A DNA stretch of 64,000 bases from Tubulanus polymorphus (taxonomy: Eukaryota; Animalia; Nemertea), in assembly GCF_964204645.1 (NCBI RefSeq), contig NC_134025.1:13578001-13642000 (forward strand). The letters are read 5' to 3'. The position numbers and the translations under genes were made by a program. Numbering within the stretch: position 1 is the first letter of the stretch; each line of letters starts with the position of its first letter. Positions 25,224-39,838 of the stretch are shown one piece after another. Below the pieces are notes generated by a model. The model ran no database searches, was not told the DNA's origin, and was given only the letters and a program-made list of their open reading frames with translations.

Positions 25224-28200
25224 CTAATAATAATAAAATCATATGCTACAAATGACAAAATATGCTTAGTAACCAATATATATACATGTAAATACCACAT
25301 TATTCCGTTATTCAACACATTCTGGTGAACATATACAGAAACCGATGATTTTGAAACTCACCAAAATCAGGACCATGTCACCAGCTACAAATTTCCATTT
25401 GATTGTAGTTAAAAATATGCATAGGTACCAATACAAGAGGTCCATTGACATTGGGACATTGTTCATTAGAAAATCGATGAACAAGAGCCCCAGGATGAGG
25501 GACTTCACTTCTTTAGTGATCAAGCATAATTGTCATGATTTTTCTAACTAAATAAGATTGAATTGAAAATGAATTTGACTGAATCAAATTAAATTGAATT
25601 TGTGAAGAGCCAATAGATTTGATCGATTCATAGATATTTTTGTGACGTGACGATTTGAAATTCATTTATAGAACCAGGAGGGTATGATTATAATGAATAA
25701 TATCATAAATTTACGTGTTTGTATAAAAAAATCTCCTGATAGGCAGGGTAAAATTATTTCGTTAATGTGACAATCCAAACAATTAATTAACATAATTCCA
25801 CATGAATTAATTCATCACCAAAATCCAATGAGAGCAATGTTGGAATTTTCCTCCAGTGAGATGTGTCCCTGGATACTACTAACAATTGTAAAATATCAAA
25901 CCTGCTGATATTTTCCTGGAAAAACCTTGCAATCTATAAATCGACTGATGAGCCTGACACTGCCTGACACCAATTACATAAGTTGACTGATCAAAGTATA
26001 CCCTTCAATACCCTTCACAAATTTCAATGGAAAAAAGCAAACCGTTAGAAAGCTACAAGTCTCAGAATTCAGGCCAAACTTGACTGTGTTGGGTAAAAAT
26101 AGATTTCAGGATGGTGATTTTGTATCCGATGGACCAATTTTTTGTGATGATGGGCCCTATGAATATATACATATACACATGAAACATCAAGATAACTGAT
26201 TGAAGCATCAATTTCCCTTGAAAACTTCAGAGGCCCAGAGGAGCACGACGACCAGCATTTTGTATTCACTTATCATGAAATGATACAATTTATGGGTTAT
26301 AATTGACAAAAAACAGTCTGCTTCAATCAAGTTTACACAGTTACAATTGTGTTTTTCTAATCAATAATAATTATTTCCTTAGAATAAAATAACACCCATA
26401 TACTGAAATACACACATAGAAAACAGCGCTGAAACTCGGAATGAAAATCAATGCACAGCAGTTAAATAGCCATGGATGAAAACTAGGTAACATTTCTCAA
26501 AATTCTTAAGTTCAAAGTTCAGTATACCCTGATTTTTTAAGCGCGAGGCAAAAACTGAACACCGATGTTTATATTTATCTCATGTCGCATTTTTGCTAAT
26601 TCCATCTATGGACTAATGAAATATGATAAAACATGCATACATAGTTTTCAAAAAGATGAAAATGACCCAACAATACCAGACAAAAAAGTACCCTAACAAA
26701 ATGGCGGCTAGCAACTGTAAAATGGTTTATTGTCTCATGCACTGAATAAGACTTAAAAGTGGTAACAACCAATCAGATTTTTTTTCTAATTTCATGAAAA
26801 GCTGTTAAGGTTTAAGTAATCAAATATGTCCATAGATGGCTGCCCATATTTGACAGCTGATAACCTCTGTTTTCAATAGGGCTGGACATCTCACCTCCTT
26901 CAATCAATCAATCAAGAATTGCAGGAAGTATTGTGATAACAAGGTTTCAAGGGGATGACGGATGTCAGATGGAACGCATCAGATGGCACGACGAAAATAA
27001 GAAGTCTCTACCCATGTGGAAGACATAATAACTGTATCCTGGTAACTTGAAAATACCATGTATCCTGGATGACCAAGTTATGTTTTGCTAAATATTCTAT
27101 GATCTGTTTCATATTAACAAATAAATCATTGAGGGTTGTATGTTAATCTCAGTACCGGTATATAAATGTTCATTGTTATTGCTTGAAGTAATCAATTAAG
27201 TGTCTTAATAATACAGATTTCTAATCCATTAACCCAAAGGAAGACATATAGTGATATTTCTCTTTTGAAAGGCATATGGGATAGATCGAAGAAAACTGCG
27301 CGATTGTTCAGAAATTATCACATTCAAGCACGGGTGCATATCCAAGCATAAGTGATGCCGTAAATGCGAAGAAGATCATCACAGAATCAGAAATTTCTCA
27401 TCGTTTTGTTTTTTTGTGATACACTCGTCCACAAGATTCTTGATGGATTATAGCTGACATCACGATATATTTCAACACAAAAAAAAAGATCGCTAAACAT
27501 GCGATAACACGAATCTTCTTAAAACGACTCACTGGCGGATCTGTGAATGACACTTTTCTGATTATTTTCTCGCTGATATAATCTTAAGCACCTTTCCATA
27601 CATGATGCCTTAGACATAAGAAATGATTCAGAAACATGATAAATCATTGAAACAAGTGCTGAAGTGACATAATCGGACTAAGAAAAAAATTTTATGACAC
27701 ACATATGTCAATACTTTTCATCTTTAGCTATGCAATTTCCCTATGATGTAGCTTGCGTTCACGTTACCCCAATAACTATTTGATCAGAAAATTTTTTTGA
27801 TGGCAAAGATGACATCATATGAGACTGTCTGTTAAATCACCAATGTACCAATGAAGCATCCATAGGGACCAATTGATCATTACAAGAAGCTTTCATACAA
27901 TTAACCGGGCTTGTTTCTATCTATTCATTCTATCAGCATTAACTGACTAAACTTCTATTTTTTTCCTGGATATTTGTACTGTTTTCGATCAAATCAATCC
28001 GAAAAAACCAGAGTCTACCTCAATTCCCCTTTAGGCGGTGAGCTCGGGCTGCAATACGATGGATACCAACAACAACTGAGAAGATACCGAGATCAGATTG
28101 TAAGTGGGCTTTTGTCGGCTGCACTTGATTTCCAGCAACTGAGCACGAATAGCTGGATGATCTACTGCTAGCTGCTTTACTGTGATAATATCTGCCAGGA

Positions 28201-28924
28201 TTATTGGGAACTATATTGACCTTTACGGATTGATCATATTAATTATAGATGACCTAGCATATTGAATACAGCGGCTTGTGCAAAACTAATGAGCAATTCA
28301 TTTCATATTAGTTTAAATCAAAGCATACATTTCAAGTGAAAATCTAAAAAAACATACATAAATGTATGACTTTAGGAGTTCTGAATAGTAAATTATTTTC
28401 TGTCTCAGTTCTACGTAATCCCATAACTCATTGCAATGGGATTAAAGTAACTTTTCAAGAAGATTTGTTTTGTATTATTAAATAAGTTTTTAGCCCCAGA
28501 ACATCAGATTTTTCAATTCATTGCCTTTGAACATGAGCATTTTAAAAAGTATGAACACTATGTGGTCCACAGGCTCCAGTCTCTATGGGCATACGGGATC
28601 TTGAGTAACTAGAAAATGGCCGTCACCCCGGTATGTTAAAACTTTAGTATATCTATAGGTTTATTTCATGGACTTAGAACATCACAACTGCCAAGTTCCA
28701 AGAAAATTGCAAGTCATTTATAAAGCCAATAAGAAATTCAAGATGTCCAACACCATGTCGGACATTGAAAAAGAGTCTAAAACTTGATTTTTAATAGGCG
28801 AACCTACAATTCAATCACCAGACCTACTACAATTTATCTGTTAAGTTTTAAGGAAATTGCACATTATTTGAAATGTGTAGAGCTCCAAGAAGAAATTAAA
28901 GATGTCCACCTACCTACCAAATTT

Positions 28925-30006
28925 AAAATAAATTGTCCATGGGCAAAGTGTGGTTTACCTTGAAAGCTAGAGGTTGTTTGGTTGTTAAGGGCATTGCTTG
29001 AAAAATCTTTTTAATTTGTGTATTCATAGTTCTAGAAGTTTATATTGTATTTTATTTTTCTTAAAGAATTATTTTGTAGTCAAATAAGACCAAAGATAAA
29101 CATTTGTTTATGGTCAACATCCAAAATTTTGTAGGGTACAGGTAGGCGCGGCAAGGAAACTATTTTATATTTTCAAAAAACTATTCTTCACAATATGAAA
29201 AAACATTCAAATAAAATTCATATGATGTCACATATCAGAGGGTGGCTGAATATTGAGTCTTGGAAACCAAACCTCTTCCAATGTATGGCCGTGGAAGCTA
29301 AAATACCAGGGCGTAGTATTAGATTTTAAAACCTGGAATTTACCACTACAATATTCAGACCTCGACCTATACCTATAGTTTGCTGCTTAGTATTTTCAGG
29401 TCACAAGAAATTACAATTTATTACAAATTCTATCAAACAGAAAACACGAAGCTCATCTTCTGCTACGAAGATTATTCAGCCTGTTATCATACCGAACGTG
29501 CACACGCCAAGCAGCGTTACAGCATCACCATATAGTAGTCTGTATGAGCGTGTGTTTGTGTGTGATAGTCTAATGTTTAGCACTCCCGCGCACGTGGAGG
29601 CCTTGTGTAGTGAACGTTCGCTTCACTTCAATCTCAATCAACACAATCACCGGATATCAAAATGAAACAATATCTATGGCGATATGGGAAATAGTAATGA
29701 GCATTTAAAATTTGCACATATACGGCACCTCGTCCAATGAAACGTTCGCCATTGATGGCTTTTCCCATAATTATTTTAGTAGCGCCGGAATTCCCCGTAT
29801 ATCCCAAAAACAGCCAATCACATTCGCTCATAGAGACGACGCCCCCCCAATCGAGGTCATTGCAATTTTATACGCGAGAGCTAAGAATTTTCCCGCCAAA
29901 ACAGTTTTTCGTCGAATTTAAACAAAGTTGACCATGTCATCGATGGATTTTCGTCATGTCTTCAATCGCATCGATTATACGTTGTTTAACCCAAGAACCA
30001 ATGAAA
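28925..30006 (+). repeat. ~1.08-kb dispersed repeat, copy A (probably part of a HINE-type element)
   Basis: Collinear, high identity with 38767-39838. Preceded by an AACTAGA-type end at about 28607 and followed directly by another AACAAGA-type end at 30007. Confidence 0.85.
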
Positions 30007-32574
30007 ACAAGAGCCCCAAGGGGTACTATGGCCAGCCTGTCAGCTTTTCATAAAATGGCAAATGAAGCATTCTGTGGGTTAAATTTGTCCAAATACACTC
30101 CCAGCTCAATAGACTAGTCAATCCCAGGCTAATAATTTACACAATTCAATCGTGCTTTTATAAGTAGCACAGACAGCGACTGGAGCTGGCAGGAACAAAT
30201 ACCTCAGATAAATCTTTACCTTTGGTCTTAGTGATTTGAATGCAGAATAGAATTGAATTTTCTGAAATTTGCTCGATAAAACAAGATTGAATTGGATTTG
30301 CTGTTTAACCTTGTTCAATAGAGTAAAATTGAATTGGATTTGATATTTTTTTGCAGAATAAAATTTGATTGAATTGGCAGTTTGAGCACATGGCTTATTA
30401 GCATATCAAGGTCATCCATCCGATTTGAGAAAAAGCTATTTTTTCCGGACTTTGCACAAATGTCAATGATATTTTCCGTAGTGCAAATAAAAATATTCCT
30501 CCCAAAAACCAAATCAACTAAAGATTTCACAGAAATCGATATTGAAATACAATTTTAGATCTTAAAATAAAACCCTATTTAAAAATTTATAGAAGTCGAC
30601 GGTTAAAAGCCTACTGATAGGAAAATACCTAATAATGCGATCAATCTTTTTGATAGGGTTAATGCCTTATAACACAGAAGTAAAAATTTCCAATCGTGAT
30701 GTGTCCACATTTTCCCAGTTCAGTACCTTTTTAGCAAAAGCAACTTCCTCCTTCTGTGAACAAGACTTCATTATCATATCAGTAAATTCAATACCATTGT
30801 CAGTTTAATTTGAATCGTTTGTGGCATAAAAGTCTCAGTTAACAACTATGTTGCAGGAGAAACTTCAAATGACGTTTCATTTGTTACTAGATGTCAAAGG
30901 TGACTTAATATCAAGAAGAATTAATACTCAGCTGTAAACTATCTGTCCAAATTAAAACGAATGTCACATCAAACAAATTACCAAGATCATGACACAATCT
31001 ATTTAATCTGATAGGAGATTTTTCAGTTGTTCAGTGAAAATTCCTACATTGATCAATGTTGATAAATAGCAGCATTCACACTACCACTAGTAAGACCAGC
31101 CAATTGGGTCTGCTCCTGAAACGGCCCAAATTAAGAACGTATCGAATTAGAGTGTGTTCAGGCACGCGGTGTTGAATTCGCTAGGCCTGCAAGTTGTTGT
31201 CTCGATTATTTTACCCCAAATTTTAATCTTTATGATATATTAAGGAGTCGAGAATGCTGACCATTTAGAAATTAAAAGCATTTTCGACTATTATATTTTG
31301 GAAGGTTATGGCTATTTCTAATGCGGCACATCCTCTCGATGACAATCAGCATCTCACGCATTACGGGTCAAGCCCTGAATTATTGCAGTTATAATGCGGA
31401 TGAATGTTCACTAAAAATCATAACAGTGTTTAATATCTGAAGTGAAGGCATTTGTCACGTACCCGCACGGCAATAGTAATAGGCCTATATACATTACTAC
31501 TGTTGCAATAAATGAATGCGCATTGAAATGCGACGATAAGTAAAATAGGCGCTGAATGCTTTTACGGTTCACCCAACGACCAATCGACCTGGACCAGTTG
31601 GGTGAGACCATCATCGACCCCCCCCTTTACTTTAACATCATTTCTGGACTATTTGCAAAAATGATATTTTTCAAAACCGATATCCGTGGGGAAACCACGG
31701 AACCACAGGGAATTTTCATCTCTGTTGTTATTTATTAAGGTCGTCATAATCGATAAATGCAGTTTATCATATATTTTGACACAGGAATCATTAGCCGCAT
31801 TCACACGACATCTTGTTAGACCGGTCAAAATGGGTCTAAACTTGATACGGTCCAAATTTAGACCGGACCAAATTTTGGTGAGAATTTACACAGCGTTTTG
31901 ACACCCTTTGATAACTGTATGAAGGGCCTGGATGAAGTCTTGCTACCAGACTCCAAGTAGAGCAGGACATTCTTCATTTGACCAATTCGATCCTCAGTCA
32001 GGTTTAGACATTTTTGAGAATTCGATTTTATTCTATCACGCTGAAACTCTAAGTGTCGTTTAATCACGATTAAAAACACGGAAGTAAAACGGATGATATT
32101 CGCGACATACGAATATTCCTTACGCTCCAAACATTTCCAAAATAGGGAGGAAAACACAGTACCGGGTACTTGAAATAAACTTTTCAATAGGACGACGACA
32201 GATAATAGAAATTAAAAGTGGAAATCAGGGTGAAGACGAGTTAGGTTGGTTGGTAAGGCCTACACACTGTAGCACTTTTCAAACATGTTTGCAAGTCAGG
32301 TCCAAACGAAGAGTCACTGTTAGACAAAGAGTTGAGAGTCAACATACAATGCAAGTTTAAGGTATCACAGAGATTTAAGGAGCAGTTGGCATCCCAGCAA
32401 GTTTGAAAACTAGAGGACTGAAGGTCCTGAGGCTCTAAATATGTAAGCTCGATCAACAATATCGTCGTCAGTATGGATTGATATTGCCTTAGATACGATT
32501 AGAGGGGTTGAGAAACGAAGGTATCATTTTAGCCATCGGTGCATGTTTAATCCATACACTATCAAGTTATACTT

Positions 32575-32800
32575 ACCATGACCACCGGATACAGTCTGCT
32601 CTCGGCACAATCGCCAAGAAACCCATGACATAGGCCAATGACCATGCAGTCCATGGGGTACAAGCTCCACATCCATGTGTTAAAACGGTTGTTTTGAAGC
32701 TGTTCACAGACTGAACCAAAGGCAAACTGCTAACTGTACCCTCAGGGACTGGAGCTAGTCTTACGATCAACCGAGTGGAACAGAATGAATATTTACCAGC
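32575..32800 (-). pseudogene. Highly decayed LINE 3' end (CR1/L2-like)
   Basis: Minus strand reads KYSF...VPEGTVSS...SVNSFK, resembling the YSFFPRT..WN.LP..V.A.SV..FK terminus of CR1/L2-group RTs. Confidence 0.35.
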
Positions 32801-35800
32801 AGTCTCATTAGAATTCTTGAATTATATCTTAGAAATATTGATTATGGGAATCTTTGACTTGACAACTTTGATAGATCCAGGAGAATGATTAAAAACAACT
32901 ACGATGAGGGCGTAGGCTGGTTTCTGACAAATTAATGCTTTAATAATCGGAAGGGATATTTGTGAAAATATCCGAACATGAAACTAAACCAGCTAAGTTG
33001 AGGTTAAAACTACTTACTGACGAAATTAAGTTTACCGACATAAAGGTTTTTAATGGTTCCACAATAGGATTTTTTTATAGAAAGTCGTGAATAATATTTC
33101 TTCTGCTAATTCAAGATCTTTCTGATAAAACGAGCATGTGGATTGTAGCCTACGCGCGACCCGCTCTGTAACGGGCATTATCTATTACTGATACATACAC
33201 AGTGAACGCCGCATGATAAGGCAATATTGCCGACGGGACTGTAACTTATGTTATGGACGCTCACTCTCATCACCGTGCATGCCACAAACTAAATACACAT
33301 AATCAGCCTCTAAAAACGGATCACTGATGCAAAAGTCCAAAAGAATTAATGACGATTAATTTTACTTAGTAATAGTAAGAAAGTTTTCAGCGTTGCTCGA
33401 CGTACTGTGATCTGTAAAAACCATACTGTGCATGTACTAGACTTTTAGAGCGCACTTGTACATTCATCAGAGCAGCTAATGTTGAATGGATGTAGCCATG
33501 CACTAGATGTAGCACGTCTACTAGCACATGGCACTATTTTAAGCGCGGACTAATACAGGTTTACTTCTAGACAGGGGGGCCGAGTCTCAATTTTTTTATT
33601 TCGGCAATATTTAATAAACCAAGTAACAAAAATTCACTATATACGAACTCAACCTTCTATGTTTCATATTTAAGCGACTGTGAAAGTCTTAGACGTGTAC
33701 GTGGCGTTAAACGGACGTAATCGTTTGACCTGACTGATTTCACGAAAACAATAGTACGACGTGTACTACATACCGTTGTCCTAATAAAAGCATTTCAAAC
33801 TTAATAAACTGGACTCACACTCTATTGCAGAGGTTGCGACATCTACCACAGAGATTCAGAATTACGATTTAGATCGGTCTAAACTAGACCGGTCTAGCTA
33901 AAGGCTATAGCCGCGCTCACACTAGATTCGGCGCTTATGAAGTATCGTACTTTGCTGGTGCCGAATTCATCAAAATACTACGCTTACACAGCCAGTTACA
34001 TTCACACAGAGTACTAGTATACTAGTCTCAGTACACAGCATACTAGTCTCCCGTTGTGTAATTTCAGTACGGAACTGAATAAGCCGCGAACAGGCCTAGA
34101 ATAATTTCCAAGTGTGAACACTTAGTACCGTATTGGAATCCTAGTGTGAACACAGCATATAACTCTGTGAGCAGAACATGTAAGGACGTATTTTAAGATA
34201 AATAACAATAATTTGACATTAATTTTAGGCAATATAAGATATTATCAAATTCAACTCTTTTAGTGCCAAGTTGACTTTCCTCAACAGATGACTTATGATT
34301 ATACTGGCAGCCTCTTGTAGGCCGCTAGTTGCCGCTAAACCCAGTTGCATCAATAGGCACCGAGTCACTTGTCAACATAAGCCAGTCTTAAGATTATCGA
34401 AATTGCTGATAAGAAATAGCATCCAAAAGAAAGTTTTCTGATCCCTGAGGTTGCATCATAATACATATTAATTTGTCTTATCGGGAATGGAACTATACTA
34501 TCACAAGTTGAGAGATGTGTCCTTTAATTTGAATTCCTCCAGGGCTCTACAATCAATTAACCACAGTTAAAGCAAGGTCTGCACACAACACATCTCCCCG
34601 GGCTTGTTCCAAGTCTGGTAATTAATGAATGGAGACCATTCCAATTTAACTAACAAATCCCTAACGTAAAGGTCAAGAGACATCAATTATGATAAATCAG
34701 ACCTCAACAAGAAGAATGGCCGCCAGTAAGATAGTCAATCTATTTGGGTCATTTGAACACGAGAGTAAAAGGCTATATTGCCTACGTGACTGTACACGTC
34801 TGTTTTCAACGCGAACGCTCCACTGTGCCTCCACTGTGCCCAGTTAACAAACTAATACAAATAATCAGGCTCCAAAACGGATCCCTTATGCGAACATTAA
34901 TAAAATGATTTCAATTAATCATGATGAAACTAGTATTCCAGTCGTGTAAATATCATCTCATCTCTAAAAATTCGATGCTATCAGTAAATCAGCCATGTGG
35001 CGAACACCGAAGTAAATTTCCGCATTTTGAAACCACACTTTCGTCAGATATCTTGATGCAACGTTACCTTATGCACGGGATATCAAAACTAGATGAATCA
35101 TTGAACACATCGCACACAATAAATCGTTATATCATAAGCCTTGGATATCAGTATTATACTGATATCCATTCGTGCTAGAAATGATGAATATCAACCTATT
35201 CAATCGTGCCGCCATTTTGTTTGTGAAATAACGCGCACCAACTGATCCACCTCGTTCAATGTTATGACGTCATGATGGAAGTCAAAAACGGGTCAACACA
35301 AATTTTATAGAACCAAGATTTTGAGGGGTTTCGTCTTTGAAAGCCCATAACTACCGAACCAAGCGTCCAATCTTGGCGATATAAAGTTCTTCCGACGCAA
35401 ATAGCATTGAATTTTCATATGTGTTATTTTGGACAGTTAAAGATGCTGCATAAAAAAACGTGGTCAAATAAATTATATTTTTGAAACTTTTAAGTAAATT
35501 TCTAAAAAATTACAGGCTAATGAAATTGCATTTGAGTGTGCTAAAAATAGCTTTGATCGTAGTGTATTAAGCATACAAATGATTATCGATCGGCTTGATC
35601 ATTGACATAGGCTCGCTAATGCTAGCAAAAAATTAACCTTAAGAGTTGGTAGGCTCGTGAATGGACTAAGTATAAGTAACATGCTTGACGAATGAGGGCC
35701 CTTTTCCTTCAATAGCTTTAGTTGAAATAATAGAGGAGGTCCATGAACTTGAGACTTCATCAAGAAAGTTGAAAGTTGCAGACAGTTTTTGAAAATGAAT

Positions 35801-36429
35801 AAGAGGTTAAGGGACAACATAGCTTAATAAGTTATCAAATAAAATTGTCTTGCTTTTTCATGAACTCTAAATATAACAAAAATACACTTATAATCTGGAA
35901 TTCTTAATGATGACATCACTGGGAAAGCTATTCATTGAAAATTACGTTTATAAGCTGTTAGTAGTCGAATCTTTGATGAGATACATTTTATGAAAAAGAT
36001 CTGTCTGGAAAGTGGAAAAGGAATAATCACGAGAATTACAATACGGTTTCTGCGAAGCAGCAGAAACCCTAATAAGAATAATAATAATAAGAATCACTAC
36101 AATTACAATAGGAAGCAGTAGAAACCCTAATAATCAACATAATTACAAGAGGGTTTTCAACGAAAGTCAGGAAAGCTTAATAAGCATAACACAGCAGAAC
36201 ACCAATGACTTTTGGATACTGAAATGCAAATACTCAAAATCTCACACACTGACACTAGAAATTTCAACAAAAAAGAAATTTCTCAGATCTTTTCAGAAAT
36301 TTCCTCTCTGGTCATTGGTTCAGCTCAAAATGACATGATCATAGATGACAGAATCTACCTCGGCGCACATTTAATGGATTAGAAATGTCTCATACTTTGT
36401 AGCAATAAATCCGAAATTGAATTGAATTG

Positions 36430-36560
36430 GCAGATTTGACTGACAAAAAAAGTAGTGTCCCGTTAATATGTGATAAAAATCAACAAAATTCGTGACATAT
36501 ATCTACATTAGGTGTAAATGACCATAATACAACTCCTTCAAGACCAAATGAAATAAAAAT
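36430..36560 (+). repeat. Dispersed repeat shared with 63860-64000
   Basis: GCAGATT.GACTGACAA...GTGATAAAAATCAACAAAATTC...TAATACAACTCCTTCAAGA occurs at both sites. Confidence 0.75.
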
Positions 36561-36564
36561 TTTG

Positions 36565-36856
36565 TATTCAAACCTGAAGGCATTGCTACACTCAGCCACA
36601 GCACGAACCCCTGCCATAGTAGACCAGGTGCGCAGGTACATGAAAATAATCCTGTTTTATTTCAGCCCAAGAAAACTTGCAGCACCAATCAGATTGCTTG
36701 TTGTATAATCACCGAGGCAACTATAAATGGGAAAACCTGGGCTAAAATAAAACAGGATTTCTGATAAGCTAGTAATGACATCATCAAAGCTGAGCACTCG
36801 GTCTAGTGTGGCAAGGTTTTGTACTGCGGCAATCTCAATGCCATCAGGATCGAATC
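36565..36856. repeat. Degenerate ~290-bp palindrome (hairpin MITE-like)
   Basis: Three nested complementary pairs: TTCAAACCTGAAGGCATTG / CAATGCCATCAGGATCGAA, TGCCATAGTAGACC / GGTCTAGTGTGGCA, and AATCCTGTTTTATTTCAGCCCA / TGGGCTAAAATAAAACAGGATT. Confidence 0.65.
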
Positions 36857-37479
36857 CCTACCGTGGGAGTGTGGGAAAAACTATGCACTCATGAGTGTGG
36901 TGATAATTTTTTCTATTGTGATTAGGTTCCAGGTGGGAGATCGTCTCGAAATCTGTAGAGAGCTACCCGACTACAACTAAAATTTCATAGTGAGATATGG
37001 CTTATGCGAGTCACAATGATGGTTTAAAAAGATCAAAAAGCACAATGTTTACAAGGTGCCCCTTCACACCAAGTGATGAAGTCATTAACATATTCATTTT
37101 GACTTTTATTATATAAATTTTAACGACTGTTATTCAAAATCTTTTGAAATGGCTGTGGATTGAAATAGATTATCATCATCACTGCAATAATAAGAAGTTT
37201 AGCCAACATGCTAGAACTATTTCTTTCCGCGAATGCATTCACACAGACAATTGTGTGCTTCATTAGACATACACTACCGATTTACAGACATTGTTCGTCA
37301 ACTGCTCCAACTTCAGAAAAGCCATACATTTTTGGAACTCAGCTGACCAATCAGAATTCAAACCCTAGCAAATTACTAAAGCCGCATTGAACCTGAGCAA
37401 GTTTCAGGACAGTATGATGTCTCAATTATTGTTATTATCATAATTATAATTACTATTATTATTTGTATCATTATTATCT

Positions 37480-38070
37480 ATTTCGTCATTAAAATTCAAT
37501 TTTACATAATTTTACATAATATATATAAAAAGCAAGCATTGATGACAGGAACCTGGACGGAGCCATAAAGGCTGTACATCCACATGGAATGTCCAGGCAC
37601 CCGAGATGATATTGAATGAGCATTGATGAATTAACTACATCAGTAGGGAGAGATTCCAGTACAAGAGATGATTTTAGTTTGGAACTATATATCTAACCAA
37701 AAACGATACAATTTCAAATATTGATTTCGTACTTTTATTACTAGTAAGTACTATACGTTGAGTTTTTATATCTTGTTTTAAGAATATCAACATAACGTGC
37801 GGACTTAATGAATTGGGGTGTATTCTGCCATATTGTGGGTCCTTACTAAAAATAATCTATTCATGGTTGATGATTTATGGGGTTGAACTCATGGATTGTT
37901 GCGGCTTCTTGTATTATATGAATGATGAACTGAATTATTATTAAATAAGTTACTTTTTGTCATTGGGAGTATGAATAAAGGCATATACGAGCTTGATAAA
38001 TTCCAGTCTTTTCAATTCATCAAATTTCAAGATTTTCGAGTTTTTAAAAAAGGCGTAATAAATTTCTGAC
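37480..38070 (-). pseudogene. Decayed Crack/L2-group LINE 3' end
   Basis: Minus strand reads FFKNSKILKFDELKRLEFIKLVY...YNTRSRNNP...GPTIWQNTPQFIKS with in-frame stops. This matches the LFK.L.IL...Y.TR...GP..WN.LP..IK pattern. Confidence 0.7.
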
Positions 38071-38766
38071 ACACTTGAAAAGATATATATTCTTTTTGAG
38101 TTTTGAGCAAATCGATTTGATGTGGTGTTCAAATGTTAGTTTTTCATCTACAATTAAACCCAAGAACTTATGTGATTTGAACTCCATTGGATTATTTTCA
38201 AAAGGTAGAACTGGGACTGGTGAGATTAGATTGTTTTGGTTTAATCAAGTGGCCGCCTTCTTTTGGGATATTCAATGCGAGTACATGGGACCATCCTAAA
38301 AACAGTGAGATTTTTTCTGATTTCACAAAAATGCTACCTATATGAAAAGGGGCTTGCTTCTGTAACTACATTAAATCTATGACAGTTTAAACAATTTACC
38401 TATGAAGCCTTTAACTAAAGTTATCATAGCTAATATTTCCTAGCTAGTAAGTCAAGCTGGTGATACATGGCAATAACTGCCTTGCAAGCAAACCCCATCA
38501 AAATGCGTTCATGGCACACGCAAAGGAAAAATTCTCACAGTTTTCACCCTTTCAATACCACATAGTGTCTCCGCTGCTGTACCGGAGGGAATTTAGGGGT
38601 TTATAGGGGTATATTTGAAGCTTCATAGAATAGTTACCAAGGTATCTGACACAGAAAAATTATATAGCATGTTGTTGATAACTTTTGGGCAAACAAAGTA
38701 GACATAAATAATTTGGATATAAGTGAACTTTAGGTCAAGGTCACATACTCCAAGATAGCCGCCATG

Positions 38767-39838
38767 AAAATAAATTGCCCATGGGCAAAGTGTGGTTTAC
38801 CTTGAAAGCTAGAGGTTGTTTGGAGTAAGGGCATTGCTTGAAAAAAATTTTTTTAATTCGTGACTTCAAAGTTCTAGAAGTTTATATTGTATTTCATCAT
38901 TCTTAAAGAATTATTTTGTAGTCAAATAAGACCAAAGATAAACATCTGTTTATGGTCTACATCCAAAATTTCGTAGGGTACAGGTAGGCGCGGCATTGGA
39001 AACTATTATATTTTCAAAAAACTATTTTTCACAATATGAAAAAATATTCAAATAAAATTCATATGATGTCACATATCAGAGGGTGGCTGAATATAGAGTC
39101 TTGGAAACCAAACCTCTTCCAATGTATGGCCGCAGAAGCTAAAACACCGGGGCGTAGTATTAGATCGTTTTAAATCCAGGAATTTACCACTACAATATTC
39201 AGACCTCGACTTATACCTATAGTTTGCTGCTTAGTATTTTGAGGTCACAAGAAATTACAATTTATTACAAATTCTATCAAACAGAAAACACGGTGCTCAT
39301 CTTCTGCTACCACGATTATTCAGCCTGTTATCATACCAAACGTGCACGCGCCAAGCAGCGTTACAGTATCACCATATAGAAGTGTGTATAAGCGTGTGTT
39401 TGTGTGTGCAACACGTGGAGGCCTTGTGTAGTGAACGTTCGCTTCACTTCGATCGCTATCAACACAATCACCGGGTATTAAAACGAAACAATACCTATGG
39501 CGATATGTGAAATAATTATATTCTCACCAGCAATGAGCATTTAAGATTCGCTGATATACGGCACCTAGTGCAATGAGACGTTCGCCATTAATGGCTTTCC
39601 CATAATTATTTCAGTAGCGCCGGAATTCCCCATATATCCCAAAAACAGCCAATCACATTCGCTCGTAGAGACGACGCCCCCAATCATTGCAATTTTATAC
39701 GCAAGAGCTAAGAATTTTCCCGCCAAAAACAGTTTTTCGTGGAATTTTAACAAAGTTGACCATGTCATCGAAGGAGGTTCGTCATGTCTTCAATCGCATC
39801 GATTACACGTCGATTACAACCTGAGAACCAATTAAAAA
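38767..39838 (+). repeat. ~1.08-kb dispersed repeat, copy B
   Basis: Collinear with 28925-30006 apart from a few indels. Confidence 0.85.
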
